Part shown: piece after piece, positions 1 through 9,600 of the stretch
How the letters are laid out: every line of letters starts with the position of its first letter
Position numbering within the stretch: the first letter of the stretch is position 1
Origin: Parcubacteria group bacterium Gr01-1014_38
Lineage (GTDB): Bacteria; Patescibacteriota; Andersenbacteria; UBA10190; CAIZMI01
Direction of reading: 5' to 3'
Assembly: GCA_007376145.1 (NCBI GenBank)
Contig: VMFP01000003.1
Location: 28,741 to 92,740 of the forward strand
Length of the DNA stretch: 64,000 nucleotides
Made by a program: the position numbers and the translations under genes
Notes under the pieces: model-generated
Databases searched by the model: none
What the model saw: only the letters and a program-made list of their open reading frames with translations
Told to the model about the DNA's origin: nothing

Positions 1-2
1 AA

Positions 3-131
3 AGGAGAAGCGAACGGGAGATCAAGCACATCGTTGAGAGAGAACTATCGAAAACGGGCTGGGTAAAGCCCATCGTCGAGGATCAATATTTTTTGCCGTC
101 GCCTGGCAAATACTATGGGCAAAAAGGCTAA
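3..131 (+). CDS. 3' end of an upstream CDS (partial, unknown product)
   Basis: Frame 3 is open from the window edge (RRSEREIKHIVERELSKTGWVKPIVEDQYFLPSPGKYYGQKG*). Its TAA at 129-131 overlaps the start of the next gene. Confidence 0.55.
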   Translation, partial: RRSEREIKHIVERELSKTGWVKPIVEDQYFLPSPGKYYGQKG

Positions 132-1095
132 GTTTTGTTGCGCCATTTACATGGGAAAGTACGGAATCAACGTCTACAGCAACGATCCGGGGACCTTCGA
201 TATCCTTCGCACGGGAGCCTTCGTGCCCTTCATCCCAGGATACCGTTGTCTAAAACGCCGGGCACGATCTGACTACTCGATCGTCTACATTCGAGATACT
301 GTCTGCTCGGCCCAGGTCACCGGCGCCAAAAAACTGGAAATTCGCGCGCCACTCACGGACGTCGTGCGTGCCTCCACCATTCCTTTTCGGGCGCATTTCA
401 TGCTCGAGCCCCAACTGCAGAAAGACTCGATCTTTACCAGTCAAGGCGGCGGTGTCTCAAAAAACGGCAGGGCGGTTCTCCTGATGGGGAAACGGGGGGC
501 CGGCAAAACCTCCGTGACGCTGGAGCTCTGCAGGAAATACCATTGGCGGCTCGTGGGGAACGATTTGATCTTGGTCGGATTTCGGGAAAACGCTGGCTAT
601 CTTTTTGGCGGCGCCAAGGCTTTTACCCTGCGCTTTACCACGGTCAAGTACTACAACGCGGATTTACAAAAACTTTTCCCCAAGAATCACCCCAACGAGT
701 GGACCAACAAAATCACGCTGCTGGCCGAGGGTCTAGGCATTTCCGCGGAGAGAGGTCACCCGAAATTAACGAATGTTTTTTACCTCCACCTCCTCAACGA
801 CAAAGCGGCTCCGTTGTATCTTCGAAGAATCGGCAGTAAGAAAACCGCGCACATGGGAAGACTCTACCTCTATGAAGAACTCTCAAGCTACATACGCGGC
901 GTCTCCGCTCCTGTCGTCTACGGCCCGCAATTTTCTCTCGGCGATTACCTTCCGTCTTTAGACAAACCCGAATACCACCAAAACCGCGTAAAACTGATAG
1001 ATTGGATCATGGACGATGTGGGGTTCTACTTCATTTCCGGCTCCATGAGGGCGATCTGCGAGCATGTCAACGCTGCTCTCGGCCATCCAAAATGA
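115..1095 (+). CDS. HPr kinase-related P-loop kinase/ATPase
   Basis: Walker A GKRGAGKTS preceded by GRAVLLMG and followed by WRLVGNDLILV, matching the HprK/PEPCK-type LVxDD strand (here ND). Confidence 0.65.
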   Translation: MGKKAKFCCAIYMGKYGINVYSNDPGTFDILRTGAFVPFIPGYRCLKRRARSDYSIVYIRDTVCSAQVTGAKKLEIRAPLTDVVRASTIPFRAHFMLEPQLQKDSIFTSQGGGVSKNGRAVLLMGKRGAGKTSVTLELCRKYHWRLVGNDLILVGFRENAGYLFGGAKAFTLRFTTVKYYNADLQKLFPKNHPNEWTNKITLLAEGLGISAERGHPKLTNVFYLHLLNDKAAPLYLRRIGSKKTAHMGRLYLYEELSSYIRGVSAPVVYGPQFSLGDYLPSLDKPEYHQNRVKLIDWIMDDVGFYFISGSMRAICEHVNAALGHPK

Positions 1096-1129
1096 CCCGA
1101 AAGCAAATTTAGAAGTTTAGCAGGAGGTC

Positions 1130-1199
1130 GCGAGTTTCTTGGGCCTCAGGCGGCCTCGCTATACCCGCCTCGGCCTGAATTCCCCTCCACGAAACTCGC
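1130..1199. repeat. 70-bp structured palindromic element
   Basis: Terminal inverted repeat GCGAGTTTC (1130-1138)/GAAACTCGC (1191-1199) with inner stem AGGCGG (1148-1153)/CCGCCT (1165-1170). It lies between convergent genes. Confidence 0.55.
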
Positions 1200-1291
1200 A
1201 AGAAGGAAGGATGCTACAAAACTGCTGCCGTCTTCTTACAGCGGGGTGCTTTCTTTCTCTCACACCAGTAAGCCCCGTAGGGAAGGAATAC

Positions 1292-1329
1292 AAAAAAGCC
1301 CTTGTCCGGCAAGTGCGCGGACCAGGGCT
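1292..1329 (-). terminator. Rho-independent terminator of cofE
   Basis: The minus strand reads AGCCCT-GGTCCG..CGGAC-AAGGGCT-TTTTT, about 10 nt after the cofE stop. Confidence 0.75.
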
Positions 1330-1338
1330 GGGGAGCTG

Positions 1339-2145
1339 TTATCCCTCCTCAAGGCGTTCGGCTCGCGCGAGCGCGTCCCGAGCGTCTTCAAGGTACTTAG
1401 TAACCGGATGCAGGAGGTCTCTGATTTGACTCGTCTCTGACGCCTGGTACTGGACACCCCGCACGATCACGACGGGACGACGCTCGTTCGTTTGCCCCAT
1501 GACGAGCGAGGCAGCAGCAGCGATCTCATCCACCTGCGCAATTTCGGGGGTGCGCTTTTTCCCATGGATATCTTCCGCGACCGCGGGACGATACACGGCG
1601 GCGATGCCGGAGATGCCGATCGTCATTCCCACCGACCCCTCCCGGTCTGCTCTGCCGAAGGTATCGTTGATCACCACGGCGACCTTCCGCCCCGCTTTCC
1701 GTTCTATTCCTTGCCGGATGCGCTCGGCACTGGCATCAGGGTCTTGGGGCAGAAGGCTCACCACTCTTCCTTTGGGACCAGCCACCGTATTGGAACTGTC
1801 CACCCCGGCACTGGTGCAGATAAACCCCAGGAGGTGTTCCGTCAGCAGGAAACCCGGCCGCGCGATCAACATCCGTTTCGTCTCCTGGAGAATCACTTCG
1901 AGATTTCTCGGGTCCATGTTGAGCTGCTCGGCGAGCGCGGCTGCCTCTTTCGAGGGCTCCACCTTCTGGACATCCACGAGCCGCCCTTCTGCCTTAGAGA
2001 CAATCTTGGAAGCAATGACGATCACGTCACCGTCCTGAAGGGGAACACCATCCTTCTCTGCGACCTCGCAGAGGATGCTGCCGATATCATCGCCTTGCTG
2101 AATCAATGGGATACCTTCAAGCGCATAGAGGCTGAGTGTCTTCAT
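1339..2145 (-). CDS. cofE: CofE-family gamma-glutamyl ligase (coenzyme F420-0:L-glutamate ligase-like)
   Basis: GIPLIQQGDD, DGDVIVIASKIVSKAEGR, AGVDSSN, DTFGR, DEIAAAASLVMGQ..RPVVIVRG motifs. GAGGAG RBS upstream. Confidence 0.88.
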   Translation of the reverse strand: MKTLSLYALEGIPLIQQGDDIGSILCEVAEKDGVPLQDGDVIVIASKIVSKAEGRLVDVQKVEPSKEAAALAEQLNMDPRNLEVILQETKRMLIARPGFLLTEHLLGFICTSAGVDSSNTVAGPKGRVVSLLPQDPDASAERIRQGIERKAGRKVAVVINDTFGRADREGSVGMTIGISGIAAVYRPAVAEDIHGKKRTPEIAQVDEIAAAASLVMGQTNERRPVVIVRGVQYQASETSQIRDLLHPVTKYLEDARDALARAERLEEG

Positions 2146-2400
2146 TTCTTCTTCTCCTCTTCTAGGTTAGGTGGAATGTAGTGTAACGGCAAAGAGGGCT
2201 TAACAGACTGCCCAAGCGCAAAGCAGAGCGCGTCTCTCGACCTGACGACCACCCGGACAAAAGAAGTCGCACGCCCCGGCAGCAGGTATCGTTATCGCCC
2301 TCTGGTACGGCCAGGCTCTTTACACCGACTAGTTGTCAAGTTCCAACCCCGCAGCAAGCAAGTCCTCGTTTTCGGACAATACCCGGACCGCGTGTGCGGA

Positions 2401-2429
2401 ACTGTAGGTCCGCCACGGACAGTTGTCAA
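2401..2429 (-). promoter_or_regulatory. sigma70-type promoter facing cofE
   Basis: Minus strand TTGACA-17 nt-TACAGT. Confidence 0.5.
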
Positions 2430-2633
2430 TGCCACGATCTCTCTCACCGCAAACTGGCCCTTCCCCAGTTTTTCATGCTGTCGAAAGAGCGATGACGACC
2501 CCGTGCAGGAGCCGGTGAATCCCCAGCGGTGGCCCGTGAGCAAGGCCTTGAAGAGCGAGCCAGAGGTACCCTGCCTCGTCCGGGTGGACGAGGACCGTCC
2601 GGAAGAGCGCGCCGTGGCGCGACTCAGCAGTCC

Positions 2634-2664
2634 CCCGCCAGGAATACTTTTTATCGGCAGACCT
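2634..2664 (+). repeat. 31-bp direct repeat, copy 1 (copy 2 at 18276-18306)
   Basis: CCCGCCAGGAATACTTTTTATCGGCAGACCT is identical at both positions. Confidence 0.92.
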
Positions 2665-2785
2665 GGGTGCCCCGAATGGCATTCGGGTTCCGCTTCATTC
2701 ATCGACGACTATTCCCAGCCCCGGAATGGGTTTGTGTTTCCAGAGCTGCCGACCGTGCGCTGCTTAGCGTTCGCCCAAACGCTCG

Positions 2786-2929
2786 GATAACGGGGTCAAC
2801 CATCCCGTACCGCTGGATGCTCTCCGCGAGCTGGGCGGTCGCATCCTTGTTCCAGCGGCGGGGGTTGTATGGAGCGGGTTTCAGTAGATCGATAGGGACA
2901 TACTGAATCGCTAGGTCGTGTTTGATCAT
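2786..2929 (-). pseudogene. Truncated ParB/Srx N-terminal domain gene (phage/ICE ParB-methylase type)
   Basis: MIKHDLAIQYVPIDLLKPAPYNPRRW..LAESIQRYGMVDPVI resembles ParB N-termini. Similarity stops after DPVI, before the GHxR motif. Confidence 0.7.
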
Positions 2930-3186
2930 GTTGGTGTGGAGTGCTTTTGTGCGCATGTTGTGAGATGAAGTGAGATATAAAAAGCCGGACAAGATCCCGA
3001 AAAACAGGGATGAAGACTCCCAGTTTTTCAGAAGATTGTCCGGCGTTTTTGATGCTTATAGCATCGCCTACGGGCGTTACCCCGCAGACAACTTCTGTCC
3101 CGACACGGTTTTAAAGAGCTGTCCAAAGTTTAGCGCACTTCGCCATGCCCGTCAAATGCGTGTTCGCGAAAAACGCGCGGTGTCTA

Positions 3187-3216
3187 TTGACAGTAGTTGC
3201 TTAGGTTGTTTAGGAT
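3187..3216 (+). promoter_or_regulatory. Promoter of the RM-like operon with tandem operator-like repeats
   Basis: TTGACA-18 nt-TAGGAT. Tandem GTTGCTTAG/GTTGTTTAG (3196-3213) overlaps the spacer and -10. Confidence 0.6.
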
Positions 3217-3224
3217 GAGGACTA

Positions 3225-3515
3225 ATGAACGACCTGAAACAAGTTGGTGATTTACCAGGAGCCCAACAGAAGGCGCTCTACACCATTCTCCGCCTGGATA
3301 AGCCTGCATTTCGGACGTCCGACGTCCGCAAGAAGATGGAAGGAACTGCCACGGGCAAGTCCGTCGGGGCGATTCTCAACGCTCTCTTCCGCAACGGCTA
3401 TCTCGAGAAGCTTCAAGGTGGTAGGGATAAACTCTGGAAGCTCTCTGAACAAGCTGAAACTGTCCGTGACGAGATCAGACGGAAAATTTCCGCCGTGAAG
3501 GTCTACTGGTCATGA
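3225..3515 (+). CDS. Small winged-helix DNA-binding protein, putative operon controller
   Basis: 96 aa with a wHTH-like pattern (FRTSDVRKKM..GKSVGAILNALFRNGYLEKL..KLWKLS). ATGA overlap with the helicase gene. Confidence 0.6.
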   Translation: MNDLKQVGDLPGAQQKALYTILRLDKPAFRTSDVRKKMEGTATGKSVGAILNALFRNGYLEKLQGGRDKLWKLSEQAETVRDEIRRKISAVKVYWS

Positions 3516-6500
3516 ATACGGATCTCACATTCATCACGAACGAGAAAGGCCAGAGCCTGAAGGAGCGATTCGAGGTTCTCATCCGCGACACGAAATTCTT
3601 CGATGCCCTCGTGGGGTACTTCTACACGAGCGGCTTCCATGCTCTCTACAAGCCGCTGGAGAACACGCAGAAAATCCGCATTCTTATCGGGATCGGTACG
3701 AGCAAACAGACACTCGAACTCATCGAGCAATCTCGGCAGAAAACGTTCGAGCTCTCCCACGCCGAGACCAAGCAGGTGTTCTCCGATCTCGTCGCTGGCG
3801 AGATGAGCACCTCGGAGGACAACCGGCACGTCGAGGAAGGAGTACGGAAGTTCACCGAATGGCTTCGGAGCGGCAAGCTGGAAATCCGCGCGTATCCCGC
3901 GGCAGACATCCACGCGAAGGTCTACATCATGTCGTTCGCGGAGGGAGATCGTGATGCGGGGCGCGTTATTACTGGATCGAGCAACTTCACGCAGGCCGGC
4001 CTCGTGGAGAATCTCGAGTTCAATGTCGAACTGAAGAATCGCGCCGACTACGAGTTCGCCAAACAGAAGTTTGAGGAGCTCTGGAAGGACGCGGTGGACG
4101 TCAGGGAGAAGTATCTCGAAACCATCACGAGCCGCACTTGGCTGAACGACACAGTCACGCCCTACCAGCTCTATCTGAAGTTCCTCTACGAGTACTTCAA
4201 GGACGAGCTGCGCCCCGCGGAGGACATGCTCTTCCGGTACATCCCCTCTGAGTTCAAGCGGCTGGAGTACCAAGAGCAGGCCGTTCTGAACGCCAAGAAA
4301 ATCCTCGATGAGTACGGCGGTGCGTTCCTCTCCGACGTCGTCGGTCTCGGGAAGACCTACATGGCCGCCATGCTCGCGAGCCAGCTGGACGGGCGTACGC
4401 TGGTGATCGCGCCGCCGGTTCTCTTGGAGAAAGCGAACCCCGGTTCATGGCCGAGCGTCTTCCCTGATTTCCGCGTTGCTGCCGACTATGAATCTTTGGG
4501 AAAGCTCGATCACTTGCTCAAACGGGGCATCGAAAAATACCAGAACGTGTTTATCGACGAGGCGCATCGTTTTCGGACCGAGTCCAACGTCACGTATGAG
4601 AAGCTCGCGCGAATCTGCCGCGGCAAGCGCGTTGTTCTCGTGACGGCCACGCCGTACAACAACTCGCCCAAAGACGTCTTGAGTCAAATCAAGCTCTTCC
4701 AGACCGGCAAGCGGAGCACCATTCCGAATGTTCCCGACCTGGAATCGTTCTTTAGCCGCCTTGAAAAGCGAGTCCAGCACCTCGATCGCCAGCGGGATCG
4801 CGACGAGTATCTCCTGCGAACCAAGGAAAACGCGCGGGAAATCCGCGAGAAGGTACTGAAGTATCTGATGGTCCGCCGTACGCGGCGGGAGATTGAGCTG
4901 TACTTCGGCGAAGATCTGAAGCGACAGAATCTGCAATTTCCCACCGTAAGCGATCCGGAGCCCGTGTTCTACGAACTGAACGAAGATGAGGACGTAATTT
5001 TCTCCAAGACGATCGAGTTCGTCGCCAAGCAGTTCACGTATGCCCGCTATACGCCTCTCCTGTATTTCAAGGGAGACGTTCCGCAGGTCGATGAGCAGGG
5101 GCAGATCAACATGGGAAAGTTCATGAAGATCTTGCTCGTGAAGCGGCTCGAGAGCAGCTTCCACGCCTTCCGCAATACCGTCGACCGGTTCCTCCACTCC
5201 TACGAGCAGTTCCTCCGCGAACTGGAGCGCGGACACGTGTACGTCAGCAAAAAGTACATCCACAAGATCTTCGAGCTGATCGATGAGGGCGACGAAGAAG
5301 AGATCCAGCGACTCCTCGGTGAGGACAAGGCACAACGGTATACGGCGGCGGACTTTCGCCCACAGTTTAAGAAAGACCTCGAACACGACCTCGCGCTGCT
5401 CCGCGAGATCCGCGTCATGTGGCAACGGGTTACTCGCGACCCGAAGCTACTCACGCTTGTCGAGCTGCTCTCGACGCGTTCCTTATTGAAGAAGAGTAAG
5501 TTGATTCTCTTCACAGAGTCCAAGGAGACGGCCGAGTACATCGCCAAGCACCTCGAGCAGAAGTTCTCGGGCGAAATCCTCCTGTTCACCGGGGCGTCGA
5601 GCGCGCTCGTCCGGGAACGGGTTATTGAGAACTTCGACGCTCGCGCGCGCTTCCCGAAGGATGACTATCGTCTCCTCATCACGACGGAGGTGCTATCCGA
5701 GGGCGTGAACCTCCATCGCTCGAATGTCGTGCTCAATTACGACATTCCCTGGAACCCCACCCGTCTCATGCAGCGCGTCGGCCGTATCAATCGCGTCGAC
5801 ACGGCTTTTAACACCATCCACGCCTTCAATTTCTTCCCCACGCGACAGGCGGAGGATGCCATCAAGCTGCGGGCAGCGGCCGAGGCGAAGATCCACGCCT
5901 TCATTTCGCTCTTGGGAAGCGATGCGCGTCTCCTGACTGATGGCGAACCCATTGAATCTCACGAACTCTTCAGTCGCCTCGTCACGAAAGAGACGATTAC
6001 CGGAGAGCGTGAAGAGGAGGAGAGCGAGCTGAAGTATCTCCGCGTCATCCGCGACATCCGGGATCGAGAGCCCGACTTGTTCGATCAAATCAAACGGCTG
6101 CCGAAGAAAGCGCGGACGGCGCGGAAACATACAGAAGCGCAGCGCCGTCTGATTACATATTTCCGGAAAAGCAAGCTCCAGAAGTTCTTCGCAGTCGACG
6201 GAAGAGAATCCACGGAGCAGGACTTCCTCTCCGCAGCTCGGCTCCTTGAAGCTACGCCTCGCGAGACGCGAGAGTCTCTGGGACCGGATTTCTACGAATT
6301 ACTCGAGAAGAACAGACGCGCGTTTGAACTCGCAACCATTGAGGAAGGATTGCTCGAGTCCCAAGAGCGCAGCGGCCGAGATAGCGCGACCAATGTGCTC
6401 AAGATCCTCCGAGCGATCAAAGACCAGCGTCAGTTTACCGAGGAGCAAGAGGAGTACCTCAAGCTGGTCATGAAGAGGCTCGAACTGGGCGCAGTACCGA

Positions 6501-6694
6501 AGCAGACGACGAAAAAAGTCTTCCAGCAGCTCAGCCGTGAACTCAAGCACGGCATCAATCCGTTGAAACTCCTTGCGGTCGTACAACAGAGCGTCCCACG
6601 CGAATTCCTGGAAAGTCACCGCGCGGAAAGCGCGGCCGACGTGTCCGGCCCGCGCGAAGTCATTCTGTCCGAATACTTCACCACGACGCGATGA
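3512..6694 (+). CDS. PLD-family nuclease fused to an SF2 (SNF2-like) helicase; restriction subunit
   Basis: HAKVY..TGSSNFT..NLEFN (PLD HxK motif); LSDVVGLGKT, IDEAH, TATP, SEGVNL, NYDIPWNPTRLMQRVGRINR helicase motifs. Confidence 0.9.
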   Translation: MNTDLTFITNEKGQSLKERFEVLIRDTKFFDALVGYFYTSGFHALYKPLENTQKIRILIGIGTSKQTLELIEQSRQKTFELSHAETKQVFSDLVAGEMSTSEDNRHVEEGVRKFTEWLRSGKLEIRAYPAADIHAKVYIMSFAEGDRDAGRVITGSSNFTQAGLVENLEFNVELKNRADYEFAKQKFEELWKDAVDVREKYLETITSRTWLNDTVTPYQLYLKFLYEYFKDELRPAEDMLFRYIPSEFKRLEYQEQAVLNAKKILDEYGGAFLSDVVGLGKTYMAAMLASQLDGRTLVIAPPVLLEKANPGSWPSVFPDFRVAADYESLGKLDHLLKRGIEKYQNVFIDEAHRFRTESNVTYEKLARICRGKRVVLVTATPYNNSPKDVLSQIKLFQTGKRSTIPNVPDLESFFSRLEKRVQHLDRQRDRDEYLLRTKENAREIREKVLKYLMVRRTRREIELYFGEDLKRQNLQFPTVSDPEPVFYELNEDEDVIFSKTIEFVAKQFTYARYTPLLYFKGDVPQVDEQGQINMGKFMKILLVKRLESSFHAFRNTVDRFLHSYEQFLRELERGHVYVSKKYIHKIFELIDEGDEEEIQRLLGEDKAQRYTAADFRPQFKKDLEHDLALLREIRVMWQRVTRDPKLLTLVELLSTRSLLKKSKLILFTESKETAEYIAKHLEQKFSGEILLFTGASSALVRERVIENFDARARFPKDDYRLLITTEVLSEGVNLHRSNVVLNYDIPWNPTRLMQRVGRINRVDTAFNTIHAFNFFPTRQAEDAIKLRAAAEAKIHAFISLLGSDARLLTDGEPIESHELFSRLVTKETITGEREEEESELKYLRVIRDIRDREPDLFDQIKRLPKKARTARKHTEAQRRLITYFRKSKLQKFFAVDGRESTEQDFLSAARLLEATPRETRESLGPDFYELLEKNRRAFELATIEEGLLESQERSGRDSATNVLKILRAIKDQRQFTEEQEEYLKLVMKRLELGAVPKQTTKKVFQQLSRELKHGINPLKLLAVVQQSVPREFLESHRAESAADVSGPREVILSEYFTTTR

Positions 6695-9600
6695 CGAGAG
6701 AACAAGCGAAGCAACTCGTTCAAGAAGCGCTCCAGAGGCCGTTCGACAAGGGGGGCTTTGTTCGTCTCGTGCGTAACCTCCTGAATCACTTGGAGGATGC
6801 CCCGTTTACCTACAGCGGCAACACGATGCGCCACGCGTATGCAAATGCCGTCAAGTCGCTCGAGCGCATTGGGAAGTACGAGGACCCAGAGGGGAGGAAA
6901 ATCGACGTGCTTGTCGTGAATCTCCGGCATGTCCACGCACTCGACCATGCCCGCACGATGCAACGGAACTTCATCGCGTGGTATCTCAATGGCAGTCGCG
7001 GAGACGTTTTCAAAGATGCAGCACTCGTCGCCTTCCATGCTGACGATGCGCCCGATTGGCGCTTCTCGCTCGTCCGCATGGACTATCGCCTCACGAAATC
7101 CGGCGAGAAAGTGAAGGCGGTCACGGAACTCACGCCAGCTCGGCGCTTTTCATTCTTGGTTGGGCAGCATGAAAAGACGCACACCGCGCAGAAGCAGCTC
7201 CTGCCAATCCTCGAGGATGACACACACGATCCGCTTCTTTCTAACCTCGAGCAGGCGTTCAGCATCGAGACAGTTACAAAGGAGTTCTTCGGGCGATACC
7301 GCGACCTCTTTCTTGAAACGAAGGAAGCGCTGGACAAAGTTGCCCGACGTGATAACGCCGTGCGAGAGGAGTTTTCCAATAAAGAAGTTGATACCACCGA
7401 CTTCGCCAAAAAACTTCTCGGGCAGATCGTCTTTCTCTACTTCCTCCAGAAGAAGGGGTGGTTCGGCGTGGCGCGGACGGGCAAGTGGGGTTCGGGGCCG
7501 AAGAATTTTCTTCGACAGCTTTTCGAGAAGAAGCATGGAGACTACAAGAACTTCTTCAATGATATTCTCGAACCCCTATTCTATGAGGCGCTCGCGAAGG
7601 AACGCGACAATGATTTTTACAGCCGCTTCAACTGCAAGATCCCATTTCTGAACGGTGGACTCTTCGATCCCATCTACAACTACGATTGGGTACACACGGA
7701 CATTCTTCTTCCCGATGAGTTGTTTTCAAATACTTTGCGGACAAAAGAAGGCGATATTGGGGCGGGCATTCTCGATGTCTTTGACCGCTATAACTTCACC
7801 GTCAAGGAAGACGAACCGCTGGAAAAGGACGTCGCCGTTGACCCGGAGATGCTCGGAAAGGTCTTCGAGAATCTCCTAGAAGTTAAAGACCGCAAGTCCA
7901 AAGGCACGTATTACACGCCGCGTGAGATTGTCCATTACATGTGCCAGGAAAGCCTGGTGAACTATTTGGCCGCAGAACTCGAGGGTATGGTGGGCCGAGA
8001 GGACATCGAGACGCTCATCAAGTATGGGGAGACAGCGGTTGAACACGACCGGCACGTTGAAGAAGGGGGAGAGACGCCGACGTACCAACACCGACTTCCC
8101 GAGGCGGTTCGCGCACGCGCGAAAGTGATCGACGACAAGCTCGCGGATATCCGCGTCTGTGATCCCGCGGTCGGCTCCGGAGCCTTTCCAGTCGGGATGA
8201 TGAACGAGGTTGTTCGGACACGCAACGCACTCACGAATTACGTTGAAGACAAAGATGATCGCTCAATGTACGAATTCAAGCGACACGCGATTCAGAGCTC
8301 TCTATATGGCGTGGACATCGATCCCGGCGCGGTCGAGATTGCCAAGCTCCGACTTTGGCTCTCGCTCGTCGTCGATGAAGAGGACATAAAAAAGATCAAG
8401 CCGCTACCCAACCTAGACTACAAAATGGTGCAAGGCGATTCGCTTTCGTCTGTTCAGAAGAATCTATTCAACCAACCGTTGTTTAATAAGCTTGAGGAGC
8501 TTAAACCCAAATTCTTTGAGGAGACCAATGCGCGCAAGAAGCAGGAGTATCGGCGGCAGATTGATGAACTTATTGATCAAATAACTAGAGGACACAAAGA
8601 TTTTGATTACGAAGTGTACTTCTCAGAAGTTTTCCACGAGAAGAAGGGGTTTGATGTTGCAATCGCAAATCCTCCATATCTCCAGATTCAGAAGATGGCA
8701 AAATCAGAAAAAGAGCGTTTCAGAAAGATCTTCAGAACTTTTTCAAAGACCGGAGACATTTACTGCTTGTTCTACGAACGGGCCATTCAGATATTAAAAC
8801 AAGACGGTACCTTGACCTTTATCACGTCGAATTCCTGGTTACGGGCAAGATACGGTGAGCTACTGAGAAAACTTTTGATTGAAAAGGCAAATCCTGTCCG
8901 GCTAATAAATTATGAGGATGCGCGGATGTTTGAACATGCTATCGTCGAAACCAACATCCTAATCGCTCAAAAATCCCAGTGGAATGGCCGTCTCCATGCC
9001 ACCACCGTCAAAAATAACAACTTAAATGCTTTGCCACTTGACGAGTATGTAAAGGGAAATACCTCCGTTATTAGTGACTTGGGAGTCGATAGCTGGAATA
9101 TCGCCGACAAAGCATCGTCTGGCCTAAAGAAGAAAATTGAAAGCCACTCAGTTTCGCTAAAAGACCTGAACGTTTCAGTTTATCGTGGTATTACAACGGG
9201 TTTCGTCGAGGCATTTGTTGTCGATGAGGAGATCAGGAGAAATTTAATCACTCAAGATGAAAAAAGCGCGGAAGTAATTAAGCCTGTCTTACGCGGGCAA
9301 GACGCAGGTAGATATTTCTATGCTTGGAAAGGACTTTGGCTAATAACGCTGCAATCAGGATGGACGAATAGAAATCGGGGCGGGAAAAGCCCGGAAAGTT
9401 TTTTTGCTGAAACCTATCCCGCAGTACACGAATATCTTAAAGGAGTAGGCTCCAAGATAAAAATTGGAGCGATTAAGGCGAAGGGAAAAGGATTATATGG
9501 TCGTGATGACCAAGGTGATTATTGGTGGGAACTCAGGGATTGTGATTTTTACTCCGAGTTTGAGAAAGAAAAAGTTATCTGGGGAGAGTTGTCTGATAAA

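Noticed and set aside
2292..2906. ORFs 2292-2702, 2392-2790 and 2529-2906
   Set aside because: They cross repeat and pseudogene junctions and have no recognisable motifs.
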